Below the pieces are notes generated by a model that did not search any database, was not told where the DNA came from, and saw nothing but the letters and a program-made list of their open reading frames with translations. From Raillietiella orientalis (Eukaryota), in NCBI GenBank assembly GCA_036172245.1, contig JAYWIR010000003.1, positions 4,278,001-4,342,000 of the forward strand: a stretch of 64,000 bases of DNA, given 5' to 3'. This document shows positions 63,901 to 64,000 of the stretch, one piece after another. Position numbers and translations under genes: made by a program. How positions within the stretch are numbered: position 1 is the stretch's first letter; every line of letters starts with the position of its first letter.

Positions 63901-64000
63901 TGCTCTCGAGGGAGGCAGCAGAATGGAGGGGCACGAACCCTCCCCTCTGGAAGAGAGCTCCCGAAGTCTCCCTCCGCCCACGGATCACAGGATGGAGGAG

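Noticed and set aside
1..64000. CRISPR array, telomeric (TTAGG)n arrays or prokaryotic operons
   Set aside because: No regularly spaced repeats or telomere tracts seen; the content is eukaryotic.

Overview
Eukaryotic, probably arthropod (inferred only from an rRNA fragment), GC-rich non-genic DNA. I could not support any intact host protein-coding gene. Roughly 30 heavily decayed non-LTR retrotransposon (LINE) relics cover much of the window. They were recognised by eye from eroded gag/CCHC, APE-endonuclease, reverse-transcriptase (RT) and RNase H motifs spread over several frames, an I-group-like architecture. About two thirds lie on the - strand; the most complete are at ~39400-45200 and ~46400-51150. 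Also present: a well-preserved ~680 bp 28S rRNA fragment with a very long D3 helix, which with ~370 bp of unrelated DNA splits an RT relic between two normally adjacent motifs; four diverged copies of an ~800 bp repeat with a tRNA-like head (candidate long SINE); two perfect hairpins (23 and 29 bp stems); and purine/pyrimidine low-complexity tracts. All TE boundaries are approximate (about +/-100 bp) and no database search was run.
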